Assembly: GCA_002633005.1 (NCBI GenBank) | Contig: NMRA01000043.1 | Location: forward strand, 43,573 to 107,572 | Origin: Phoronis australis | Taxonomy: Eukaryota > Animalia > Phoronida | Length of the DNA stretch: 64,000 nucleotides | Direction: 5' to 3' | Shown: piece by piece, positions 51,440 through 63,871 of the stretch | Layout of the letters: the number at the start of each line of letters is the position of its first letter | Numbering within the stretch: position 1 is the first letter of the stretch | The notes under the pieces: model-generated | Told to the model about the DNA's origin: nothing | The model's database searches: none | Seen by the model: only the letters and a program-made list of their open reading frames with translations | Position numbers and translations under genes: made by a program

Positions 51440-52425
51440 CATGTAAGTATACTAGTAATTTCAATGATTTTAACCGTGAGATTTAAGGGGGCGCTGTATA
51501 CCGTCCATGGAGTGAACATTTGATTCATACACTTAGGGACCGTTCATGTATTACGTCATATGTAAGTTGCAACTTTTTAACCCCTCTCATGTGTCATCAC
51601 GAGTCATAACTTCCCACCCTGTCCAGTTTCTAATATTACGTTATGACAACCAGTCGCCCTCTTTAGGCAGTGATGGAGTGGGTCTGTTGTTTGTGTACCT
51701 GTTTAAAAGCTGAGCCTACTAGTGAAAAATGAAATCTTTAATGCGTGAAACGGCGGGTCCCGGTTTTGGAATTAGTCAGTTTGGTTAGAAGGTGAACCAA
51801 TGCCCCAATCATACGTACTGAGGTAGAGATAGGCCTATTCTAATAAGTCACGTGATAACGTCACCATCTCTCTAACCTAATCCCCCACCGCCCCCCNGTC
51901 ATCTTTTTTAACCCTCTTTGAGTTATTACGTACTTTGTAAACGCTCCCTTACCAATATCAAATTGGTCTCAATTTGCTTCTTGCTCGGATCAGAAGTGAA
52001 TTCTTTGTTTGTGAAGAACTGACTGTTTGTTTTTCCGCATGGCTGAGCTCGGCTCATAAAACAACACAACTTGTAGAACATCGCCTCAAGCAATAATGGA
52101 AATACTCTCAAAATCGACTTCTTCATAGCAGTACATGTAGGTGGATGACATGAAAACTTGATTTTCCTGACGGAAGGCAGGTACTTGTCGTTTGCAGTTA
52201 ACTGATTTGTTTCAGATGACAAATTGGAACAAAGAAACCGACGCGGAATTACATCTGAAAACGTCAACTTGAAATAATCAAGGGCTGGACGGAATTTGTT
52301 TTTTGTCTCAGCTCTGCGAAATGGAATATCAAGTACTCAGAAAGCAAACAATGCGCGTGGAAAAGTTGAGGTTAATGCCCGTTATTGGCAGTGCATTTGA
52401 GAGCTACAAAGTGTGAGGTCGCAAA

Positions 52426-52735
52426 ATGGTTGCGTTTAACTTAACCTGTTGTTCTGTCTTGCTGCTGTTTGGCTTTAGTGTGGGTGAGTGGTTTAAAAAA
52501 ACTAATGATTATAAAGACAGCAAAAATGTCAGCGCAAGACACGATGCCGCAGGTTTCTTAGAATGTGCAACACTGTGCTTGAAGGAGAGACATGTAGATG
52601 AAAAGTTGTGTGCGGCGATCAACTACCATCCCGAGAAAAATATATGCGAACTGTGCAACTCGTGTCCTGCGAAGCCTGTACCTGCTCCCGGGTGGTCCAT
52701 CTGGACAATTTCAGATCAGCAGCTCAACATGTTTG
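52426..52735 (+). CDS. Exon 1 of secreted PAN/apple + Caspr-type fibrinogen-like protein, paralog B
   Basis: MVAFNLTCCSVLLLFGFSVG signal peptide; CATLC...CAAINY...CEL; phase-1 donor TTTG|gtaag at 52736. Confidence 0.85.
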
Positions 52736-53618
52736 GTAAGTAACGCAAGAAAGTGAGCTTACCCTCTATTTCAAACCCCAACTAAAAATGAGATAAAGTG
52801 AACATAATTTGGCCATGTTTGTATTTGGTGGAAAACTGGACAATTTGGTATATCTGTTAGGATGACAAAAGCGGTGAGGGGGGGGGGAGGCGTGGCGGCC
52901 TGGCGACACTCGTGCGGACGGTGCAGTGGACAGGAGATGTCCAGCCGTCTGGTGAGTATGACTTGACAACCACGATGTTTCTAAAAATCTTACGTTGGTT
53001 CGTTTGTGTGACTTTTGAAGAGGTAGAGACCTTCACTGAAATTTATGCACGCGAGCGCAGCTTTCAAAATTCGCCAAGTCTGGTTGAGACGGGAATCAAC
53101 CATGGTTTTCTTCGGGAACACCTTTTCAAAAATCGTGTTTTCTCTGACGAAGTTGACCGTCATGTCCAACGTCTGGCAGTGACGAGCAAAACTTCGAATT
53201 GTATGGTGACTTCAGCCAGCGTCTATCATGACTACGGAATCTTTTAAACAAGTGTGCGATACTTAATTTCATGATGGCGATGCTTACATCATCAAAAGAA
53301 AGTAATGAAAAGCAGATTTAACATTTAAAGCTTATTAAAGACGTCTTTGTGAAAAAGTGAATCATCCATTTTGTGACTTTCGGTTCTAATTAGTGTTTTT
53401 GTTGAAGCCGGATTCTCTCGCTGTAGGACCGGGACCAACGTCCCAAGATACATAACAAATTTTTCGAGACTCGGTTCGAAAACGATCGATTTTACTAGCA
53501 ATTTTGCAACGTCAGATGGTGGTTCGTGTCACCCAATATCATTTGACAACAAATAATACATACAATTGTTATTTTGTTGTACAACTATGAACTGTATTCA
53601 TTCTTGTTTTACGTCTAG

Positions 53619-54217
53619 CTTCCTGCGAAGATTGGAAGAAAATGGGCTGTAGTGATGATGGGGAGTATACTGTTGACCCGGATGGACGAGGTGGCCTGCC
53701 GGAATTTACTGTAGAATGCAAAATGAATGGACCGTCAGAAGCATCCGAGACCATAATTCATCACGACCGTGAGGAGAGGGCTGATGCCGGCAATTGTGAA
53801 TGTGCGGTTTGCTGCGTCGTTCTCGTAACGTATACGGTTACCATTGAACAAATTGTTTCGGTAATTAATGCGTCAACACGTTGCGAACAATTTATTTCAT
53901 ACGACTGCAATGGTGGCTCTTTCTATTTATACAACTTCCCCAACCAAGCGAACGGTTTCTATTCACGAGATGGAGTGTTGCAAGATTATTGGGGCGGAGC
54001 TGTGGCAGGAAGTAAAAGTTGCGCATGCGGCATGAACAACACTTGTGTCGGTACCGCGAAATGCAACTGTGATGCAAGTGTCACCGAGTGGCTCTCGGAT
54101 TATGGGCTTATTACTGATAAAAACATCCTTCCCGTAACTAAAATGGGGTTTGGAGATTTGGGCGATGTCGATGAAAAGGGGAAATACCAACTTGGGCCAC
54201 TGAGATGTTTTCCTTAA
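53619..54217 (+). CDS. Exon 2 of paralog B: Caspr/neurexin-IV-type fibrinogen-like domain (spliced product about 302 aa)
   Basis: Acceptor tcttgttttacgtctag|; open 599-nt exon of the same length as in paralog A; same motifs. Confidence 0.88.
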
Positions 54218-57200
54218 AATTGAGTTGGACCGTATTAACAACTCAACGGTTCGGAGTGTGTCTGACATTGAATTCCATGCCAGCATATTAAGCCATTATG
54301 TGTAAAGCCTCCTTGTAAACATTACCGATATAGATGCAGTTTAAAAAAATAATCTTTCTGGCGCTCATGTTTAGTCCGGTTTCTATCTCAACGCACATTC
54401 TGGGCTCGTCCTTTCATGGATCCACAGAGGGTTATTAAGCAATTATCTCAAGTTCTCAGCCAAGACCGTGGTTACAGAGTCGAATTGGGACAGTTGGATA
54501 CTGATATCAGGGTTTTCAAAGACCTACTCTCCGTGACCTTGCATGTTATCGACCAGTCTTTGTATTTAGTCAAATAGCTACCAAAGTAGATTTTAATACT
54601 CTAAAAAGTATACATTTTTGAGAAAAGAAAGTCTGCAAAATTTAATTTTTGATAATTTTACCAGCCTGTCAATAATTAAGACACGTGGCCATATCTTTTT
54701 AATTAAATTTAGCGAAAAAGAAAAAGTGCGTGGGTAGCAAAGCAACGGTAGCAACAACCTGACCAAATTTCTTTTAGTATTAATGTTCAAGATGAAATGT
54801 CAACAGCCCTGATACAATTTTCAAAATTAAATTTTGTTTTCGTTTCAGTTTCAAACTCGTAAAAAAACCTTAAAAGTCTTATTTTTGATAGCCTTTCATG
54901 CGTTGCGGAGAACTATACATAAATCAATGTGTATGAAAGTTTTATATAAATCCGATCGGACATTTGTAAGACATGATGTCCCACTTGAATTCTGCTGATC
55001 GTCAACAAACTTCTATGTATGAACTTTACGGTAGAGTTGCCGTTACGTACCTCTTAAGGTGGCTATTTTGGGGGTCCCTCAGAAAAACGTGCATTTGATT
55101 GAGAGCACAACTATAACGCTGACCTCACCTTCTTCCTACTAACTCGGCTGAGAAGTGGTTTCTGGCATTTTCACGAAAGATGTCGCTCTAGTCGGTTGGC
55201 TTTCCTTACATGTAGTAAATGGGTTTCTGGGCTTGAGAAGAACTGATAAGCGTATTTGCTTGAGAGCATGCCCGTGCTTAAACTTTTCCCGCTGTTAGCA
55301 ATTGCGTGTCGTTGAATTCGTACTACTTCCTCAAGTAGTCATTAATCGTCTATATTATAACTATTTGCTTCTCTCACGTGTATAAATGTTGTTCATGCTA
55401 TTTTATTTCAAGAACCAGTTTTCTGCACTGAACAACGGGCATTAAACTGGTTCTCAAAATACGGACACCTTATATCAGACTATTGCCGAAAAAACAGCAG
55501 GATTATTTTGTGCGATGGTTAGACTTATGTGTATAGTGGTCAGGGCTTATCTGTATCGTGCCAGAAGTACCATTGGTCTCGAGTAAGCTATGCGGAGCTG
55601 TATTACAGTTAATCGTCAAATGACGACTCTTTGTACTTAACGTAAAGCGCTGAGAAAAAGTTGACCTAATAAATTTTACTTCAGATGGCGACTTTTACTC
55701 TATCTATTTGTTTATTTCATGGGCGGTTTACCTAGTGTTGCCGCCATTTTGAATCTGGAGAATTTGTTCACTTGCTCCAGCCTTTCGAAGATTTGGCATC
55801 AGGAATCTACCCATAACGCACTTGGGAATGCTGCAATATAAGGATAACCGGTGCGGAACCTGAATGTCTCCTTCCCAGCCTCGCCCGACGGTAAAGAATG
55901 GTTTAAGATCATTGATATGTCGTTCAATAAACTGCGTCACTACTGCCTCCACTTTCGCCTCCTGATTGTGCCGCCGTCGTTGAAAATTCGCTGATTTCAA
56001 AGCTGCTCCCGCTCACCACCAGCTCCGTGCCCAGACGCTGCTAAGTTTGAAGCTCCCCTGGTGACCGCAAGGTTTGTCCTGGGGCGCTGCAAATTAGTGA
56101 AAGCAAGTAGCGCATGCTCCCCTCGACGTGAACCCTGTTGGGCACTGACTGAACAGGTGTCTATTCAGTATGAATGTCTTTCCTACTGCTGCTTTCTGTT
56201 GCTGCTATCGGTTATGCAACGCTAACTGTGTACAGTGTGTAGGTGAAAAACAAAACAAAGGTTTTCACACGAAAGGTGGCGCTGCATTCCATGTTGTTGG
56301 GTTTGTTCTGCAGACGAACATTAGCCCTGCGAATGTACTTTCTTAACGATTGCCGTGGTTGAGTAGTGAAAGTGCCACTAAGCTAAACCATCTATGTCAT
56401 GCGCATTAATGTCAGTTACATAATGAATGTATTAAAAATGAGATTCATGTAATGAATAGTTCTTGTTTCTTAGAAAAATTTGGCAGCGGCCTGTCGTCCG
56501 CAAGACTGGGCATATATTAACTAATTAAAATAACGCGACTGTATTTCGAGACAGGTCGTGTCACGCCTTCATGTGCGGCAGGCATATAAAACCTTGAAAT
56601 ATCAATCAGCGACCAAAGAGTGTATGATCGCCAAAAGCAGCGTTTTGAAATACAAACGAACCAGGAAAACATTGACAAATCTATTAGTGACCCTTTTTTC
56701 CTCATCAAAATTCTAGTTGGATTTGGAGAAACGGTCTCACTAAAACTTTCCGCAAGTTCTTTACTCAAATTAAGAGTGTTTTCTGGGCGTTGGGAAGCCT
56801 GGCATTCGTTTAGCTTGACCAACTGAGACAGTAAGTCGGCTTGTCACAACGAGCTCTGCGTGGAGCCCGGTCTCAAGCAATGACGATCTGACAATTTGCC
56901 AAAGATCAAAAATCACATCTAATGTAGTAAAGAACACCGTTGGTAAGATCATTTTTGTTGCTTCAAATTTAGTGCTCTGACGGAGGTTTCATAGTCTCTT
57001 TATAGTGAATTCAGTTTGTTTACCCACAAGTCAGTAGAGAATGAAATATCAATAACTTGGACTCGTGACCGCATTTCAATTGGTTTTGCTCCAGAAAAAA
57101 ATCAACGATCTACTTTTTCAGCGAGTTTTATCTATTCAACTTTATTCAGGGCAATGTCTACTCTCCGCATTTCATACTAGTTTTAGCTATGCATAGTAAT

Positions 57201-58057
57201 TGTTCCGCAACATTATGGAATAGGTGGCTAGAAGGAAGTAATTCGCCGAGTGGTTGCGCGTGAGCGTTTAATAGCTTTAGCATTTGTTCACTTCCACGTG
57301 GACCTTTGTCGATGGCCCGGTCGATAGTTATTGACGTCGAATTGCAGGTCGTATTCGTGTGAAAGTACACTTTTGAAAATTTTATATAATGCGTGTAATT
57401 ATAAAATTACATGAAGTGGCTTTCTTGTCTCTTCAATTTGTCTGACGTCAGTTATTTTGTACCTTGTGAATCAAGGGCCATTTGCTCACTGATATTGCAG
57501 AATAGATTTCTACAAGGCTTGCCCTTGAGAATTTAATTACATTTACTCTAATTTATGATAACGAGTCGAAATATCCGCATTTGTTTACTTTCTGCCTTTT
57601 TTATTGTCAACGTTTGTTGATGGCCCGATCGATAGTTTTTGCCGTCGAATTTGTTTCATATATCCGTGTGAACTTCCACACGTGAACCGTAGTGTAAACA
57701 TACACGTACTGAATTTTAAAAATGTGTTCAATGATCCTCCATGCATACAATGTATTTATTCTACCAACATCCACGTGCGTATTTAGGACATGCACTTGCA
57801 CGTGAAGGTGGGCTTATCCACAGCGTCTGAGGCTCGTTCGCCTATTTACACTGAAAACTGTCCAGTAAATCCCAGGAGCACTAAACCCACACTTTCTGTC
57901 AACAAATTTCGATTGATGCCACCCATTGTTACAGAGCTGGTCTCGTTAGATTGATATTGATTTTTAAGTTTGATAAGATTCAATTGAAATGGTTGCAACG
58001 TATTAAGTCCCCTTATCTGCCTTTCTGCTATTGTGTCGGTAAATAAACCTTAACGTG

Positions 58058-58209
58058 TGTTGCGATAAGTGATTTTGTGTATGCAAAATCAGCATTTACA
58101 TGTAGAGTAGAGCTTTTAAGTTCTAAACTTGACCTTTGAGGACGTAACAAAGTATGTAGGCGAGTGCCATCTATTGGAACCTAAATAAACTAACTAATAT
58201 CGCTTGACA
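58058..58209 (-). repeat. 3' LTR of the Gypsy element
   Basis: TG...CA ends; adjacent to the polypurine tract; similar to 62119-62284. Confidence 0.85.
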
Positions 58210-61200
58210 TCCTCCCCGCTTTAAGGCAGTTACAAAAATATAAATGCAAAAACGTAAAGTCCTTAAACACTTAGGTCCATGTAGTCAGAATCCACTTAGT
58301 GTACATAGTCACTGAGGTATGATGGACTTTCTTTTATCGCGAGTACTTTGTCTTGGTTCCATGTCCGTGGTACGATGATCACCAGCAGGAGATGGTGGGC
58401 TTCCACCACTCACAGCAGGGTCGGTCTCGGGTTTAGTCGGGACCATTGGTTCATAAGCCGACGGTTTAGCGGTGGTATCGGGTGATCCGTTTAGCAGGGA
58501 TGGTTCTTATGGTGGAATGATGACATCTGGTTTTCTTATTTGGTGAAAGTTAACACTCGTCGGTCTCATTTGCACACGGTTTCGGCGACGGATATGAACC
58601 ATTGTTCAGTCCTTGCACAACATAGGTGCGGTTACCAAGCTTCTCCACAAATCTTCCTAGGGTTCATTGATTTCCTTCACGCAGCTCGAAGTTGACAGTT
58701 TGACCTTTTGGTAGCTCCGGAAGATTTTTTGATTTCCTGGCATACCATGTTTTTACAGCTTGCTTGTGCTTCAGTCTTTTGTCAGCTGAGAGACAATTTC
58801 GTCCTGTGGTGGTTGTTTCCGCACGAAACGAGGCACGAGTGCGGGTTGTTCTCGTAAACATCATCTGCGCAGGACTCAGACCAGTATCCTCACGTGGTGT
58901 GTTTCTTTTCTCCAGCAGGGCAATGTTCGGATCTGTTCCATCTTTCAGCGCCTTTAGCATTAAGTATTTAATGACCTTCACAGCTGCTTCAGCTTTTCCA
59001 TTAGCGGAGTGGTGTCCTGGAGATGACGTCACATGTGTAATCCCTCACGTAGTAGTAAAGTTGGCAAATTCACGAGAAGTGAACTGCGCTCCACAATCAG
59101 TTACAAGCGTTGTTGGGATACCGTATCGGGCGAAATATTTCTTTAAACATCCAATCACTTTCGTGGTAGTAATAGTCTCAAGCTAGTCGATCAACCTCAA
59201 TGAAGTTGGAATAGTGATCGATAACAACAATGTATTGTAGTCCATTAATTTCAAAGAGGTCACTCGATACCTTTTCGTATGGTGTCTTTCCGTCACTCTG
59301 TAGTCGTAATGATTCGGGTTGGTTGCGAGGTCAAAGTTCTTGGCACGGAGCACAGGATTCAACATGCTTCTTGATGTCCTCCGCCATCCTGGGCCAGTAT
59401 ACCAATGACCTAGCACGACGTAACATGCTGTTGTAGCCAAGATGAGCAGAGTCTAGGCGAGCTTTTATGTCGTTACGCAGCTGACCGGGAATCACAATCC
59501 CTTCACCATTTAGGATGATTCTAGCTTTACATGAGAGGATGTCGCGCATACTGTGGTATGTCTTCAGCTCAGCAGGCATGGAGTGTTTATTAGGTCACCC
59601 ATTCAAAATATACCACCTTAAAATGGACATCAGGGGATTGTCATCGGTTGCCTTCTTCACTTCCTGAAGACGCGCGTCTGAGATGTCCGGGAAGTAGTCA
59701 ATGTTCAAGGTTTCTTCAGAGTCAATAGCACTCTGGAATGCACTGTTAAGTGTGTCAGCAATGTACAGTTTGGACTCTTTAACAAACTGAAATTCAACAT
59801 CGTAGCGGTACAGTTTCATCAGTAGACTTTGGAGACGCTTTGGAGCTTGGCTCAGGGGTCTCTTCAATATGGCTAACAGAGGACGATGATAGTTCTGTAT
59901 GATGATTTTCCTTTCATAGGTGTAATGATCAAAGCGTTTTAAGCCGAATACAACAGAGAGAAGTTCCTTCTCTATCCGGGCCCAGTTTCTCTCAGGTTGG
60001 GTTAACGAGCGAGACGAATATTCAACTGGATGCCCTTTTTGGAGGAGAACAGCACCCACACCATCTTTGCTGCTATCAGCTTGGGCAATGGTTTCCTTAT
60101 CTTTGTCGAAGTAAGCGAGATCAAGAGTTTGTGTCAGCTTAGCTTTCACCACATGCAAAGCAGCGTCACAGTCAGGGGATCAGTTCCACGTAGAGTCATT
60201 TCTTGTCAGAGCACGCAAAGGTTCTAAGTCAGTAAACAAACCAGGTAGAAATCGAGAGAAGTATTGCACCATTCCACACAGGCGCTTCACACCTTGGACA
60301 TCAGTGGGCGGCGGCATATGCAAAATAGAAGCTTTAATACCCATGTCAGTGAAGAGATGTCCGTGGAAGGTTATTTTAGATTTCTGGATTTCTTTCTTGT
60401 CTTGGTGTAAGACGATGTGTCTCTGTTCACAGCGTTCAAAGAGTTGTCTCAGCTTAGCATCATGATTTTTTGTTGCTTCGGTCTTAGTCTGACCGCATCC
60501 AATTACAACTGTCATCCGCAATTGTGAATACTCCTTCTAATCCACTCAGGGCTTTAGTAAGTCCACGTTGAAATACTTCACTGCACACGTTAAGTCCAAA
60601 TGGGAGTCTTGCTCATCGGAAACGTCTGAAAGGGGTTACCATCGTAGTAAGTTCTGATGACTCTCTCTCCAATCGTACATGCAAGAATGCGTTCTGCACA
60701 ACCAGTTTCGAAAACACCTTATCCTGTGTCACCATAGGCAGTACGTCGTCCACTGTAGGAAGTTTGTAGGGCTCTCTAAGCAATGCCTAGTTCATGGGTT
60801 TAGGATCTATGCACAGCTGCAGTTTGCCGTTAGGTTTATCAACAGCAGTCATCTGTCTGAACCAATCAGTAGGTTCTGTTACGGGTACCAAGACTCCACG
60901 GGTAACAGAATCCCACAATGCAACAGGTACATTTCTGCAGGGCAAAGCACGAGGTTTGTTATCTTTGGTCACCGAGAGATGGCCCTCACTCAGGTCACCG
61001 AGACGCATTGTTTCTTTCCATACTTGAGATATGAAGTGGTGGTCATTAACTGTGATCAAATTCATGTCGAGCACTGTTCTGAGTCACAGTATACAGCGCT
61101 TGTCATCAGGTACGACTAAAAAATCACATTTTGGGTTTGGTTAATGCACTCATTCAATACCGACAGAGTGGTTTCACCAACTGGCGTTACGCGTGTGCCA

Positions 61201-62118
61201 TTCCACATCCCGAGTTTACAGGTCGTTTGTCTAATATCGTCAGGGACTACAAATCGTTAGCCAATGATATTGATGTCAGCACCAGTATCTAGCAAGAAAT
61301 GTACAGGGTTGCCGTTTACCATGAGTTTGGCTGTGATGCGAGGCTTTTTGTCTCCAGTTACAGTGAGCAGATAGCCATCGTCACTCTCATCAGCGACAAC
61401 GTTGTGAACCTTACTGTCAGTGGGGCATTTCGACGCAAAATGATTTTGTTTGTTACAGTTAGAGCACGTTTTGACCCAGGCTGGACAATCTGCTTTTCGC
61501 ATACGATGCATCAAACCACAGAATTTGCAGACCATAGGCGCCGACGTGGCTGAAGGTTTGTGTGCAGGTTTTCTGGTGGTAGTTACCCGTGTTACCACAG
61601 GTTGAAGATGTAACGCCTTCACTTGTTCAGCTGCAGTTTCCGCTGCTTTACAGATAGGTATACATTTCTCCAGGGTTAGATTTGGCTCACGCAGTAGTCG
61701 TCGTAGTGGGCTCTTCAGCGTCAAACTGAAAACCATTGTAGATCTTAAGTCCATCATCACCCACAGCATGTAATAGCAGAGCCACTTATAGGGTCGAGGA
61801 TGTGCACTTAACTATGACATGATGCAATAGTTCTCCCACTTTTGTTTGAAAAGTTTCCAGTTATCCTTCGCGGACGGGTCTGATAGGTCTGGGGCAGATG
61901 GATGATTCACGACAGAGACTGGTTTAGATGGCCTTGTGAACGTTGGGGATCTATAGTACAATTAACAGGCACAGAAAGAGAACCGTACGGTAGACTCTCC
62001 TGGCAGTTAACACGCTGTCAGCAGTAACTTGTCAGACTGTGACAAACTTCAGACAGTAAACACAAAATGTCCCCAAAGGGCTCTATGTAAGGTTATTTAT
62101 CCATATACGTTGCCACCG

Positions 62119-62284
62119 TGTTGCGATAAGTTATTTTGTGTATGCAAAATCAGCATTTATAGTAGAGCTTTTTAAGTTCTAAACGTGACCTTTATTGATG
62201 ACGTAACAGACAGACAAAGTATGTGGGCGAGCGTCATCTATTGGATACTAAATAAACTAAATGAGCTTAAGCCATCACTCAGCA
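62119..62284 (-). repeat. 5' LTR of the Gypsy element
   Basis: TG...CA ends; adjacent to the PBS-like site. Confidence 0.85.
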
Positions 62285-62985
62285 ACGTGTAAAATCTGTA
62301 CGATGAACCAGCTTCAGATCTTAGAGAACAAAGAAATCAATATTAATCTAACGAGACCAGCTTTGTAACAATGGGTGGCCTCAATCGAAATTTGTTGACA
62401 GAAAGTGCGTGTTTAGTGCTCTTGGGATTTAGTGAACAGTTTTCAGTGTAAATAGGCGAACGAGCCTCAGACGCTGTGGATATAAGCGCACCTTCACGTG
62501 CAAGCGCATTTCCTAAATACGCACAACTTGGGAAGACGCAATGAATAACCCTAGACCAGGCCCGTACATTGTAGAGATATGCTTTTTTAACCGTGTGGTT
62601 TCCCTTGTATCCACAATCCTTGTGTAGAAAGCATTGTAAAATAATTTAATTAATACGTTTTTAATAATCTTGCATTGTATTAGTGTGGACGATAGTTTCG
62701 TTTAATCGATTTATTCTTGAGGTGACGGTTATCTACAAACGATAAATACAGTTTGTCAGACAACAGAACCAAACAATGTTCTCAAAATGTTAGGCCTAAC
62801 CAATAGTCAATACGGGACTCGAACCCGCATTAGACAAAACCACCACAAAGCAGCCGTTACATTTCAACAATTAAAAAAAACAACAGTGCAGGTGGTCTGA
62901 TGTCATGTGCGGTGCATCAGACGTGCGCAGGCCTCTTGGTTGGAAACATTGCACAAAACACCTGAGCAAAAGCACGAGAGTCCAA

Positions 62986-63871
62986 TTATGGCTCCTCGTG
63001 AAGATAGTTTTCAAGTCTGCCAGTCTCATTTAGGAAAACGAACATACGTTTCCATTTGTTGCCATGCACTATATGTTGTGGGCATGTAACAGTGCCATCC
63101 AGTAGGTTGTTCCTTAGCCTATAAGAAGCTGGGCAAGACTCTACCAGGTGTTTAGGAGATTCTACATCAGTATCACACTCCGGACACACAGGGCTCCCCA
63201 TATGCCCAGTAATGTGTCTGTGTCGGGCTAGGTTGCAGTGGCCCGTCAAAATTTGAATGACGTGTCTTATACCCAATGTATCTGGACTCAAGGTTTTTTG
63301 AACCTTTTGGTTCGATCACGTTGGGAAAATTCTCCTTGGTCTCTCTGCAGGAGTTAAGTGATGCCGACTGGACTGCTGACTGGGTATGTACCCAGTTGCG
63401 TATACTAATCCTGCAACATCCGTAAGATACCGGGATAGCAGCCGGGGTTCAGGCACAAAATGCAGAACGCTTGCTCCTATCTTTGCGAGTCTGTCTGCAT
63501 TCTCAGCGTACATTAACGGTTCTTTCAATTGCAAGCTTGTTAAGCTCATTAATACAAGCATTAACACAACGAGAGTTGACCCTTAATTTCTTTATGTCTT
63601 TTATTGCTGCCTGGCTATCTGAAAAAATGGTAATTGGCCGATTGCCAAGCTCAGTGTTATATTGTTGTGCCAGTTGAGCAGCTCTATTAATTGCAGTGAT
63701 CTCAGCCTGAAACACCGTGGCAAGATTGCCTAGCGATACCCCGTTTTCTGCATCTGCAACAGGAAGGCTTGGAAAGTAGACCCCAGCACCTGTCTGGCCA
63801 TTTTCCAGTTTAGAGCCGTCCGTATAACAAACCACCTCATTCTTGTCCTGCGGTAGGCCATCCATCGCCAA
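62986..63871 (-). mobile_element. 3' fragment of an RNase H-containing non-LTR retrotransposon (I group: LOA/R1/Nimb-like)
   Basis: CYTDGSK...GAGVY...TVFQAEITAI...IFSDSQAAI RNase H; ILTGH...CPEC...HLVESC zinc knuckle; frameshifted. Confidence 0.85.

Larger units (their letters stand above)
47227..54369 (+). repeat. Segmental duplication copy B (interrupted by LINE 47548-51439)
   Basis: Collinear with 1606-6631. Confidence 0.92.
58058..62284 (-). mobile_element. Decayed full-structure Ty3/Gypsy LTR retrotransposon
   Basis: Gag knuckles CKFCGLMH/CSNCNKQNHFASKC; protease LLDTGAD; RT; RNase H ADSSKDGVGAVLLQ; integrase HLG...CAPCQ and SANGKAEAAVK; two LTRs; PPT aagcggggagga; PBS-like cggtggcaacg; TSD acgtg (58053-58057, 62285-62289). 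Confidence 0.95.
57775..62524. mobile_element. Long-TIR MITE (about 190-bp arms) split by the Gypsy insertion
   Basis: 57775-57963 is an imperfect reverse complement of 62333-62524. Confidence 0.85.

Noticed and set aside
1606-54369. The two PAN-fibrinogen-like gene copies as a haplotype artefact
   Set aside because: They are far more diverged than the n-adjacent duplicates, carry different old insertions and have unrelated flanks, so a true duplication is more likely
62810-62835. tRNA B-box-like sequence (gggactcgaaccc)
   Set aside because: No cloverleaf or A-box could be built; at most a SINE relic
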